In this document: piece after piece, positions 1 to 8,143 of the stretch | Layout: each line of letters begins with the position of its first letter | Numbering within the stretch: position 1 is the first letter of the stretch | Source: Synechococcus sp. | GTDB lineage: Bacteria; Cyanobacteriota; Cyanobacteriia; PCC-6307; Cyanobiaceae | Assembly: GCA_047284725.1 (NCBI GenBank) | Contig: JBJBEO010000001.1 | Location: forward strand, 1,816,203-1,880,202 | Length of the DNA stretch: 64,000 nucleotides | Direction: 5' to 3' | Notes under the pieces: generated by a model | What the model was told of the DNA's origin: nothing | What the model saw: the letters and a program-made list of their open reading frames with translations, nothing else | The model's database searches: none | Program-made: the position numbers and the translations under genes

Positions 1-1
1 C

Positions 2-313
2 GGTGATCGCGTGCAGCTTCCCCACACGCTGTCGCGAATTGATCGCTATGAGCTGCCCGATCTCGATGCGATCCGCACCTTTGTGGAGCACTACGACGAC
101 AGCATCGCCGAACTGCGCATTGGAAGCCTGCTGCCGATTGGGGAGCTGTGCGACCTCGACACCCTCTGGGCTGAAGTGGAAACGGAAGTGCGCTCCCTCT
201 GCCTGGCCAAGGTGGGGCAGGACGCCAAGGACCTCGAACCCGAACCCGGATTCATCCTCGGATTGCGGGCACTCACCAACACGCTCGGCCGGCTCTGGGC
301 CGAACGCTTCTGA
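2..313 (+). CDS. hypothetical protein, 3' end only (runs in from before the window)
   Basis: Frame is open from base 2 to TGA at 311-313; GC3-rich codon usage; stops 8 nt before the next ATG. Confidence 0.7.
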   Translation, partial: GDRVQLPHTLSRIDRYELPDLDAIRTFVEHYDDSIAELRIGSLLPIGELCDLDTLWAEVETEVRSLCLAKVGQDAKDLEPEPGFILGLRALTNTLGRLWAERF

Positions 314-321
314 GCAGAACC

Positions 322-1257
322 ATGATCACTCCATCACGCAAACTGACGCTGTCGGCACTGGCGCTCACCGGCCTGATTGGTGCGTTGTCGTGCTCCGCCG
401 TCGTTCATGCCGAACCGCCGACGGCCACAGGAACACCAAACCAGGAGACAGCAGCCCCCGCAGAAGTCTCGCCCCAGCAACCGAGCCAACAAGAAGGCCA
501 GCAACATCAGTCTCCACGCATGGACGCACAACCGACACCTCGGTCGGTTCCATTTGTCGGAACAGGTGGGATCCTTCTCCTCGCTGGAGGAGGGTTGGTG
601 GTGGCCCTCGGCAGCCTGGCCACGGGGATCACCGCCCACCTGCAGCTGCGGCGCAGCCATCAGCGCCTGCGCCAGCAATCCGACACGCTGCAGACCCGGC
701 TCAGCGAACTGGAGCTGCAAGTGGAGCAAGACCGGATTGCCCAGCTGGCGCGACGGACACCCCGCGCCGCCACACCCATGGCTCCACGCCCGGCACCTTT
801 TGCCGCGAAACCGGTGCCTGCCGCCGCGCCACCACCACCGGCGCCACCGGCACCACAACCCGCGGTTCCAGCACCGGCTCCAGTGCCGGTCAGCAAGGCC
901 GGCTTGATCGCAGCCCTGAACAGCGGCGATCGCCAGCCCCTGCGTGAGGCCGCCACCGCCGAACTGAACATCACCAGCGACTCGGAAAACGCCATCGCCA
1001 CCGGCAGAGCCGTGTCGACCGAACTGGAGGCGGTGGCCGGGGGGGGAAGCTACTGGTTGATTGCCATCGACCAGCACCATTGGCTGTTTCCAACGGATCG
1101 CACCCTGAAGGGGTTTGCCGCTGCGCAGCCCTCGAAAGGCCTGTTTCACTACGAGAAGCAGACCATCGCCCAACCGCAGCTGCTGGAGCCTGCACAGCTC
1201 AACCCCAATGGTGACCGCTGGATCGTGACCTCCATGGGCCGCATCGGCACACCCTGA
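322..1257 (+). CDS. membrane-anchored protein with coiled coil, Pro/Ala linker and C-terminal beta-rich domain of unknown function
   Basis: Signal-like N-terminus, TM segment (GILLLAGGGLVVALG), heptad region, PAPP linker, C-terminal GSYWLI..WLFP..LF..PA..RW..G.I. Confidence 0.8.
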   Translation: MITPSRKLTLSALALTGLIGALSCSAVVHAEPPTATGTPNQETAAPAEVSPQQPSQQEGQQHQSPRMDAQPTPRSVPFVGTGGILLLAGGGLVVALGSLATGITAHLQLRRSHQRLRQQSDTLQTRLSELELQVEQDRIAQLARRTPRAATPMAPRPAPFAAKPVPAAAPPPPAPPAPQPAVPAPAPVPVSKAGLIAALNSGDRQPLREAATAELNITSDSENAIATGRAVSTELEAVAGGGSYWLIAIDQHHWLFPTDRTLKGFAAAQPSKGLFHYEKQTIAQPQLLEPAQLNPNGDRWIVTSMGRIGTP

Positions 1258-1282
1258 AGGCGGGGCGGGCCGGGGCGGAGCG

Positions 1283-1987
1283 TCAGTCCAAGGCCTGAAG
1301 CCGCCGTTCCAGTGCTCGCAGCCGGGTTTCCAGGCTGTGCTGCAGTGGATCGGCAAGCAGGCCGATGCTGCCTTTCTGCTCGAGGTACCAACGACGACCG
1401 TGTTCAACCACGGTGGCGGTGCCGGCAGCCAGCAATTCCATCTCAGCTGGTAGCGGTGCCTCACAGGCGAGCTCAAACAAGCGCCCAAGGCTCTCCACCT
1501 GAGTCTGGCGTTGAAGCATTCCCGGTCGGGGCAGGAGAACCGAGCTGCCATCCTGCAGTTCCACCATCCATGTGGTGCCCTGAGCGAACACTTCGAGTTC
1601 GATCTCAGCGATCGCTCCACTCAAGGTGCGGCCACTCACACTGCAAGGACGGGCAAAGGGCTGCAGCAGGGCAGGGTTGTTGCGATAAACGTCCAGCAAC
1701 CCCTCCAGGGGAAGATTGAGCGCAGGGATGAGGGCTTCAGCAGAGTCTGGCCGCACCGGCAGCTCAGTCTCACGACGTGGCGCATCAGCACCAATCAGCT
1801 TTTGATCCCGCAGGATCTGCAACTCTTGTTCAATGCTTTCCAGGCGATCAGAAAGATCGGAAACGTCTTGCTTGACGCTCTCAAAGCTGCGAGAAATATT
1901 GTCATTCGTTTCAACGAAATGATCACTCAACTGCCGAACACTCTTCAGCAGAAACTTCACTGATTCAACAAGTTTTCGATCATCCAT
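1283..1987 (-). CDS. coiled-coil protein whose C-terminal domain appears paralogous to that of 322..1257
   Basis: 234-aa ORF; N-terminal heptads; C-terminal GTTWMV..LLP..LF..RW..G.I pattern. Confidence 0.8.
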   Translation of the reverse strand: MDDRKLVESVKFLLKSVRQLSDHFVETNDNISRSFESVKQDVSDLSDRLESIEQELQILRDQKLIGADAPRRETELPVRPDSAEALIPALNLPLEGLLDVYRNNPALLQPFARPCSVSGRTLSGAIAEIELEVFAQGTTWMVELQDGSSVLLPRPGMLQRQTQVESLGRLFELACEAPLPAEMELLAAGTATVVEHGRRWYLEQKGSIGLLADPLQHSLETRLRALERRLQALD

Positions 1988-2002
1988 CGATCCGTCTCCT
2001 GA

Positions 2003-2368
2003 TTATTGCTGGGTGCGCTTCACTGACTCCTGCGCTGCCCGCAGCAGCTGATCGAGCTCACCATCATCACTGGGCTCAGAGGGGGAAGATCCCCGCAGCG
2101 AAGCGGCACGATGCCCTGGTTCGTCAACGTCATCAAAGGAAGGCTGATCGGCAGGCAACAGGCCCCGATTCGCCTCCCTGACGGCATCAGGCAAGAGCAC
2201 AAGATCCAGCAACTGACCGAATCCGCAAAGGCCAAACGTGAAGAGCATCACCACGCCATACCCCACCTGCCCGAGATACATGCGTTGCACACCACAAACG
2301 CCAACAAACGAGAGGCACCAGAGCAGGTAGCCCAGGGATAACTCTTTTTGCTCTCGAGAGGGCTCCAA
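2003..2368 (-). CDS. TM2 (NINE) domain protein
   Basis: YLLWCLSFVGVCGVQRMYLGQ..G..MLFTFGLCGFGQLLDLVLLP matches the TM2 motif; start uncertain (TTG). Confidence 0.85.
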   Translation of the reverse strand: MEPSREQKELSLGYLLWCLSFVGVCGVQRMYLGQVGYGVVMLFTFGLCGFGQLLDLVLLPDAVREANRGLLPADQPSFDDVDEPGHRAASLRGSSPSEPSDDGELDQLLRAAQESVKRTQQ

Positions 2369-2445
2369 TTAACGGCATCAATTTCCGATGTATTCTATCG
2401 CAAATCAACCAAAGCCCCCGAGCAGGCTCACGTCACACCACACCC

Positions 2446-3636
2446 ATGCTGGAGAGCTGGTCGGTCGTCATCAACGTGCTTTTGGTGGCATGGTCAGTGC
2501 GGACGTTGATCATCCTTCAACTGGCATTTCGGAACAGAACAGGCGACATCAAGTACAGCAAGGGCGAGCCAACCACAGCCACCAGATCCGACGATGCTCC
2601 GCTGGTCAGCATCATCATCCCTGCCTTCAACGAAGCAGCATCAATCAGCAAGACCGTGTTGTCTTGCCTTCAATCAATGGATGCCAACAAGGAACTCATC
2701 GTTGTTGACGATGGCTCAACCGACGGCACGCGAGCCGTTGCATTCAGCCTGCAACGCCAGCATCCAGAGCACAGGATTCAGGTCATCACCAGCGACCGCA
2801 ATCAAGGCAAGGCCAATGCTCTCAACCTTGGCCTGAACCGGGCCTCCGGTGACATCATCGTGACCGTTGATGCCGACACCCAATTCGAATCGGCCGACAC
2901 CCTCACAGCGTTAGTGCAGCCACTGATCACACAACCAGAGATTGGGGCAACCACAGCCAACCTGAAAATCGCCAACCCAACAACAATGCTGGGCACATTT
3001 CAGGCGATTGAATACGCGAAAATCATTCAGACCCACAAACGCGCGCAAAGCCAGACGCATGCGATTCTGATTCTCCCCGGCGCCTTGAGCTCCTTCAGGC
3101 TACACCTGCTTCGGGCGATCGGAGGGTTCTCCAAGGCGACGCTGGCGGAAGATGCCGATGCCACCATGGCCCTGCTGAAGCAGGGTCATCACGCCTGCCT
3201 CCAAACCCGCGCCTGCGGATTCACCACCGTGCCAACATCCGTTGCGGGCTTCATCAAACAGCGCATCCGCTGGCGTGTTGGTCAATGGCAATGCCTGTGG
3301 AAGCATCGTGCCCTTGCCAGACACTCCTGGGCGACGGGATTTTTCTATCTGGATGTTGTTGCCACGAATGGCATCACCGCTGCAACACCGGCCTTTGTTG
3401 TGATCTCACTCTGGCAAATCATCCATGCAGGCGATGGGCAATCCTGCATCTGGGCCCTCAGCGGATTCGTGGCCACCGACATCCTGGTGACAACCGCAAC
3501 CGCACAACTCGACAGAACCTTCAGGCCCAGCCCGAAGCACTATGCCAACAGCCTGCTCTTCTTTGTGGCCATCAACCCTGTGATCACCTGGCTCTGCCTG
3601 TTCAAATTCTTCACCCAGCGGCCCATTCACTGGTAA
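2446..3636 (+). CDS. processive glycosyltransferase family 2 (PgaC/IcaA/cellulose-synthase-like)
   Basis: VSIIIPAFNE, DDGSTD, GKANALN, DAD, AED and QRIRW motifs; N- and C-terminal TM helices. Confidence 0.92.
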   Translation: MLESWSVVINVLLVAWSVRTLIILQLAFRNRTGDIKYSKGEPTTATRSDDAPLVSIIIPAFNEAASISKTVLSCLQSMDANKELIVVDDGSTDGTRAVAFSLQRQHPEHRIQVITSDRNQGKANALNLGLNRASGDIIVTVDADTQFESADTLTALVQPLITQPEIGATTANLKIANPTTMLGTFQAIEYAKIIQTHKRAQSQTHAILILPGALSSFRLHLLRAIGGFSKATLAEDADATMALLKQGHHACLQTRACGFTTVPTSVAGFIKQRIRWRVGQWQCLWKHRALARHSWATGFFYLDVVATNGITAATPAFVVISLWQIIHAGDGQSCIWALSGFVATDILVTTATAQLDRTFRPSPKHYANSLLFFVAINPVITWLCLFKFFTQRPIHW

Positions 3637-3685
3637 AAGCTCCGAAAGTGATCACGCCACCGTCACAAGATGCCCGAAGGCACCA

Positions 3686-4075
3686 TCACGATGCACCGTC
3701 AATCCAACGGCAGGCCGTATCGGAATCAGAGCTGTAGGAAATCGAGCCATCGCTGTCCTTCCGCCCCGCAAGATTGATGCACCCCTGCTTGCCGCGCACA
3801 TCTTCAATCACGGCCATGAAATCGCAATAGTAATTATTGTTGTAGCTTCCACAACTGTGCGGATTGGAGAAGGTCACCTTGGTGCCGGTATCCCATTCCC
3901 CCTCGTTCAATTCCTTCGTCAGGCTGAAACCAAACTCCTCATAGTCAGCCAGCTCCTTGTAATTGACCGGCAGAGAGAATGTGCCACCCTCCAGCACGGA
4001 ACAGCCCGAAAGGATCAAGCCACAGAGAGCGCCACCAATCGCCAATCGCTTCATCTTCCTGTTGGAAAGACGCAC
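3686..4075 (-). CDS. putative lipoprotein
   Basis: Basic N-terminus, hydrophobic stretch and LSGC lipobox; four further Cys; start probably MKRLAI. Confidence 0.7.
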   Translation of the reverse strand: MRLSNRKMKRLAIGGALCGLILSGCSVLEGGTFSLPVNYKELADYEEFGFSLTKELNEGEWDTGTKVTFSNPHSCGSYNNNYYCDFMAVIEDVRGKQGCINLAGRKDSDGSISYSSDSDTACRWIDGAS

Positions 4076-4155
4076 AAAACTAGCAAACAGCAGTGATCAT
4101 CTTCCCTGTCGCGATTGGGATCTCACGTCCGGTCGGCGATGCGCAACGCAAGGGA

Positions 4156-4305
4156 TCACCGCCGTGCCAGCACCTGCCACACCAACCAGATGATCAGCCC
4201 CAACACCACCCAGGGGATCAGAGAGCGCAACACCAGCGCAGCCAGCAGCAACACGCCAACACTGATCACCGAGCGCGTGACCAGAGCCTTGCCCTGATCC
4301 GTCAT
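4156..4305 (-). CDS. small membrane protein (49 aa)
   Basis: MTDQGKALVTRSVISVGVLLLAALVLRSLIPWVVLGLIIWLVWQVLARR, two hydrophobic segments. Confidence 0.6.
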   Translation of the reverse strand: MTDQGKALVTRSVISVGVLLLAALVLRSLIPWVVLGLIIWLVWQVLARR

Positions 4306-4402
4306 GAACTGCCAGCGGGGCAACAGAGGCATGGAGGGAAGCGACGTGATCAATGCCGCCAGCATGTGGCAGAACCACCCCAGCCGCCACTGCCGCGCCG
4401 GC

Positions 4403-4573
4403 TCAACCGCCTCGAGGCAGGCACTGATGGCGGTCCACCGCAAATTCCACGTACAAACTGCGGGCATCCTGCGGTCGCTTCTGCGCCAGCAAAGCGCGAA
4501 CGCGATCGCGCCACCAGGCACTCACGGCGGCGCACTGACGGGGATCCGGCGCTCCGCTCAGAGAACACCCCAT
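4403..4573 (-). CDS. small hypothetical protein
   Basis: MGCSLSG..WWRDRVRALLAQKRPQDARSLYVEF resembles small picocyanobacterial hypotheticals. Confidence 0.5.
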   Translation of the reverse strand: MGCSLSGAPDPRQCAAVSAWWRDRVRALLAQKRPQDARSLYVEFAVDRHQCLPRGG

Positions 4574-4667
4574 GGCGCTTCCTCCGACTCGCTTCAAGCT
4601 ATGCAGCCCGCCTTAGGCTACTCAGCCAAATGCTGCACAGTGAGCTGATTCCCCTGCAGCCCGGTCC

Positions 4668-5102
4668 ATGTCTTCGCAGCTGCTCCAACTCTCCACCACG
4701 GGCTCCTTTCAGTGCCTGTCCGTCACTGAGGCGGTGCGCCGCTTCCTTCGCTCCCATGGCGAACAGGACGGGGCCGTGGTGATCGCCAGCCGCCACACCA
4801 CCACGGCGGTGATCGTGAATGAACTGGAGGAGAGACTGCTGCTCGACCTTGAACAGTGGCTGCAACAGCTGGCCCCACCCGCAGGCCCGTGGAAGCACAA
4901 CGACCTGGAGCTGCGTCCCAACATTCCCGCCGACGAGCCGCGCAATGCCCATGCCCACCTGCAGGCTCTGCTGCTGGGCAATCAAGTGGTGGTACCTGTG
5001 AGCAACGGCACACTGCAGCTCGGCCGCTACCAGGATGTGATCCTTGTGGAACTGGATGGTCCGCGGCAGCGCCAGGTGTCGCTGCAGTGGCTGTCCGCCT
5101 GA
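4668..5102 (+). CDS. yjbQ: secondary thiamine-phosphate synthase family protein (UPF0047)
   Basis: HTTTAVIVNE, HND, NAHAHL, LGRYQ..VELDGPR motifs. Confidence 0.92.
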   Translation: MSSQLLQLSTTGSFQCLSVTEAVRRFLRSHGEQDGAVVIASRHTTTAVIVNELEERLLLDLEQWLQQLAPPAGPWKHNDLELRPNIPADEPRNAHAHLQALLLGNQVVVPVSNGTLQLGRYQDVILVELDGPRQRQVSLQWLSA

Positions 5103-5211
5103 TCAAACACCCCGACAGATCCGCAAACGCTCAAAAAGAGCGAGGGGTGTTGCGTTCACCACTGCCGCAACAAAACGAGAGCAGAACAATGGGCACAACG
5201 GCGTGAATCCC

Positions 5212-5400
5212 ATGACCACAGAAGAAGCGATGGCCCTGATCGAAGGCGCCGTGGATTACTGCACCCATCGCAGCAAGCTGCTGATCCACGCCCAGCGAAG
5301 CGCCGACGCCTCAGCCATTGATCACGAATTCGAGGAATGGCTGAACCCGCGCGGAGGGGTCTTGCCCTTGATGCCCTGCCCGAAACCGGAAGGCAGTTGA
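5212..5400 (+). CDS. small hypothetical protein
   Basis: MTTEEAMALIEGAVDYC..ADASAIDHEFEEWL, 62 aa with typical codon usage. Confidence 0.55.
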   Translation: MTTEEAMALIEGAVDYCTHRSKLLIHAQRSADASAIDHEFEEWLNPRGGVLPLMPCPKPEGS

Positions 5401-5492
5401 TCGAGCATGCCTGCCCCCTGGCGCTCTGCCTGACGCATCAACGCCAGCAGCGAACGACGATCACCGAACACCCGCACCACAACCTGTCTTGC

Positions 5493-5547
5493 TGAGAACA
5501 AGTCTCAATTAACCACGGATCGCGGCCTGATGCAAGTGATTCTCAAT
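5493..5547. promoter_or_regulatory. two Fur-box-like inverted repeats
   Basis: TGAGAACAAGTCTCA (5493-5507) and TGCAAGTGATTCTCA (5531-5545) resemble the 7-1-7 Fur box TGAGAATnATTCTCA and the boxes before futA. Confidence 0.5.
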
Positions 5548-5624
5548 TGCTTCGAATTGCCCTGACCTTCTTGGCCGCTGCAGGCGAGCTAGAAGAGGCT
5601 CAGAGCCTGATCGATGCGGACTGG

Positions 5625-5762
5625 ATGGAGACCTTCCCCCTCAGAACAGTCCTCGGAGCCGGTGCCGTGTTGATCCTGGCCCAGATGTATTGCTCCTTCA
5701 TGACCCCATGGATCCTTCTGCTCTTCCTTGCATGGGTGATCGGCGGCAGCCGATTGACTTAA
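5625..5762 (+). CDS. small membrane protein (45 aa)
   Basis: METFPLRTVLGAGAVLILAQMYCSFMTPWILLLFLAWVIGGSRLT, hydrophobic. Confidence 0.55.
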   Translation: METFPLRTVLGAGAVLILAQMYCSFMTPWILLLFLAWVIGGSRLT

Positions 5763-6003
5763 TCAGCTTGAAACGGGGCCGTCTTCAGCGCTTGTGATCA
5801 ATGAATGGAGAATGCCTCTTCTCAGGGGCATGTCGTGCTGCAAAAGCTGCGTGGACGCAATCATCCATCAGCAACCTTGATCAATTAGCTTTGTCGACAA
5901 AACTGCAGGATTATTTCTTTTATTAGCCAAGAATAAATACCAGAAGGCAGCGGTTAGAAGCGAGCCAAAAAGCTCATTAAGGGACCTTTATCACTTAGGC
6001 AGC

Positions 6004-6027
6004 CAGAAGCCCTGCCGAAGCAGGGCA
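6004..6027 (-). terminator. stem-loop downstream of the RTX-like gene
   Basis: Minus strand GCCCTGC-TTCG-GCAGGGC-TTCT with a C(UUCG)G tetraloop. Confidence 0.6.
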
Positions 6028-6061
6028 TTGACCATTTACTTAGCAGCCTTTGACATTCTTT

Positions 6062-7096
6062 TTATACTACAGTCACAATGCCATCTGTAATCATAAAGGT
6101 ATCTGCAACTAAGCCTATGGTAGTACCTCCAATACCACCGATAAGCTCAAAACTATCAAGATTCATAGAACCTGGACTTGGATCACCAGCAGCTGTCAAA
6201 ACACCAGTGCCATCACCATTATCATCATAGACATACGTACCATCGGAAAGAAGAATCGTGTCAACACCCATGCCACCCTTGAAAACAATGGTGGATCCGA
6301 ATCCGCCACCGATCAGGGTGTCATTATCTTCACCCAAGTCGATTAGCCCAGCACCAGCAAATCCACCCTTTTCTGCATTAACTGTATCTTCTCCAGCACC
6401 GGTCGATAGTTCTGAACCAACGGAGACAGAAATTCCAGCATTAACCCCATCGCCTGCTACAGAGTCATTTCCGTCACCCGTATAAATGAAGCCAGAATTC
6501 AAAAGACCACCAAGTTGGATACCAATTCCTCCACTAAAATTACCCGGGTCAAGAGGATTGGGAACGCCTAGGGAGGTTCCCGTAATGGAATCATTACCAG
6601 ACCCATCGTCAGAATCAGTATAAATTGCGCTTCCAAACAAAACAGCAATACCAGCTTGGCCTCCGGATCCATTAATTGTGTCGTTATCGGGGCCAGTATC
6701 AGAGCCAGTATTGATCAAGGCACCACTCAAAAAGATGCCATAGCCGGTATTCTCACCCCCAGTTCCATTTAAGGTATCGTTACCCCCATTCGTAGAGATA
6801 GACGTGCCTTCACCTAAGGCAATCCCGGTTAAATTACCAGAACCGATGATGGTGTCACTTTTATCACCAGTTGTTAGGCTTCCAGTCGTGAGCTCAATAC
6901 CAACACCAGCTGGAACGGGACCCAGGAGAGTGCTGGAAAATTCCTCCGATTCTCCAATCAGGGTGACTTTCTGACTTGCTCTTTGGCCTACGGCAGTGTT
7001 AACTTCAGCATCAATCAGCCAACCACTGCTGGATTTGAGAGACTTTCTCTGCTTCGGAGTCAGCTCATCGTAAACAGATTGATTAAGGACAGCCAT
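6062..7096 (-). CDS. Gly/Asp-rich RTX-like (hemolysin-type Ca-binding repeat) protein
   Basis: Repeated GxGxD/GNDT(I/L)xG motifs (GGNDTLNG, GSGNDSITG, GDGNDSVAG, GAGEDTVNA, GEDNDTLIG, GMGVDTILL); no signal peptide; AT-rich. Confidence 0.8.
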   Translation of the reverse strand: MAVLNQSVYDELTPKQRKSLKSSSGWLIDAEVNTAVGQRASQKVTLIGESEEFSSTLLGPVPAGVGIELTTGSLTTGDKSDTIIGSGNLTGIALGEGTSISTNGGNDTLNGTGGENTGYGIFLSGALINTGSDTGPDNDTINGSGGQAGIAVLFGSAIYTDSDDGSGNDSITGTSLGVPNPLDPGNFSGGIGIQLGGLLNSGFIYTGDGNDSVAGDGVNAGISVSVGSELSTGAGEDTVNAEKGGFAGAGLIDLGEDNDTLIGGGFGSTIVFKGGMGVDTILLSDGTYVYDDNGDGTGVLTAAGDPSPGSMNLDSFELIGGIGGTTIGLVADTFMITDGIVTVV

Positions 7097-7523
7097 TGCA
7101 CCAAAGACGTGATGTCGCCTTTATCAATAGGCACGCCACACAGCAATGGTTCCATAGGAACATGAGCCCTTGGTGAGAGAACGCGAAGAAATAAATGAAC
7201 GCCCTGCCGGCTGAGCGCATCGAAAGACCGGCATCTTCCAGTCATCTCAGGCTGTCTGGCCACTGCCCAGGCATTGGGATCGAGCGAACACTGCAGGGGG
7301 TGATCCGTGGATCAAGGGCTCAAGGGATGAGGGCAGAGCAGCGACGACTGGTCAGACGCAAGGGCAAGCCAGGCAAAAGTCCCCCATGCCAACGATCACC
7401 TGTGGTGCTTGTGAAAACGCTCGGCCAGGCCGAGCACTCTTTGTTGAGGCAGTGCTACAGAGCCGCTTGATAGTGCGATGGGGGGCTGGCCTTGGGTTTT
7501 CGCGAGGCTGGGCCAATGAAGCA

Positions 7524-7667
7524 TTACTTGGCGATCAGCCTGAAGTAGATCAACAGGATCAACTGCACGGCCACCATCGTCCACAGGGTCTCTGCCTGCC
7601 GGTTGATGAGGAAGGCGGTGAGGCCGATCACCAGAACAACCAGTTGAAGCAGGTCACAAAGTCTCAT
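7524..7667 (-). CDS. small membrane protein (47 aa, below the ORF-track cutoff)
   Basis: MRLCDLLQLVVLVIGLTAFLINRQAETLWTMVAVQLILLIYFRLIAK*, two TM helices. Confidence 0.6.
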   Translation of the reverse strand: MRLCDLLQLVVLVIGLTAFLINRQAETLWTMVAVQLILLIYFRLIAK

Positions 7668-7690
7668 GGCGAGCGGTTGAAACGGCAGCG

Positions 7691-7861
7691 CTAGGGCGAC
7701 GGGAGATCGCCACCATCACCGATCCGGCCCACCACCACAAAGGCACGCCCAGGGTGCGCTTCTGCCGCCTGCCGGCAGGCATCACTCCGACTGGAAGCGC
7801 GCACCACAAAACGCTGCAGGCCACGGGGAGACTCCAGTCTCACTTCATAGGTAGAACGCAT
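7691..7861 (-). CDS. small hypothetical protein
   Basis: MRSTYEVRLESPRGLQRFVVRASSRSDACRQAAEAHPG.., compact beta-beta-alpha pattern. Confidence 0.55.
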   Translation of the reverse strand: MRSTYEVRLESPRGLQRFVVRASSRSDACRQAAEAHPGRAFVVVGRIGDGGDLPSP

Positions 7862-7989
7862 CGCAACCGAGCAGTCCCTCTGTTCTGGCCCAACTGCCCC
7901 TGGAATCTCCAGTGTTGAAACGCTGATCGGCCCCACGATCCGTAGCAATGCTCACTTCGAAGCGCGTCTGGGCAAGGGATAACTGGTTC

Positions 7990-8056
7990 ACCGAAGCGAA
8001 GAGCGTCGGTACTCCTGTTGGGGGGACGAGGCGGGCCTGGAGACCCCGCCTTTTTT
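7990..8056 (+). ncRNA. candidate small RNA with Yfr1-like architecture
   Basis: 5' hairpin ACCGA..TCGGT, then ACTCCT (anti-SD-like), then terminator GGCGGG..CCCGCC-T6; no + strand gene lies immediately upstream. Confidence 0.45.
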
Positions 8057-8143
8057 ATGGCCCGGTTTGATGGCGCGATGCCTGGGGCTGCCAGATCCCA
8101 GCCTTTCGGCCAGGTTGGGTGCAGACGATGGGAGACCTCCGGC

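Noticed and set aside
334..1620. Long antisense or alternative-frame ORFs (also 3..947, 26257..27159, 32094..33038, 38293..39465, 44409..45164)
   Set aside because: These are shadow ORFs of well-supported genes in GC-rich DNA
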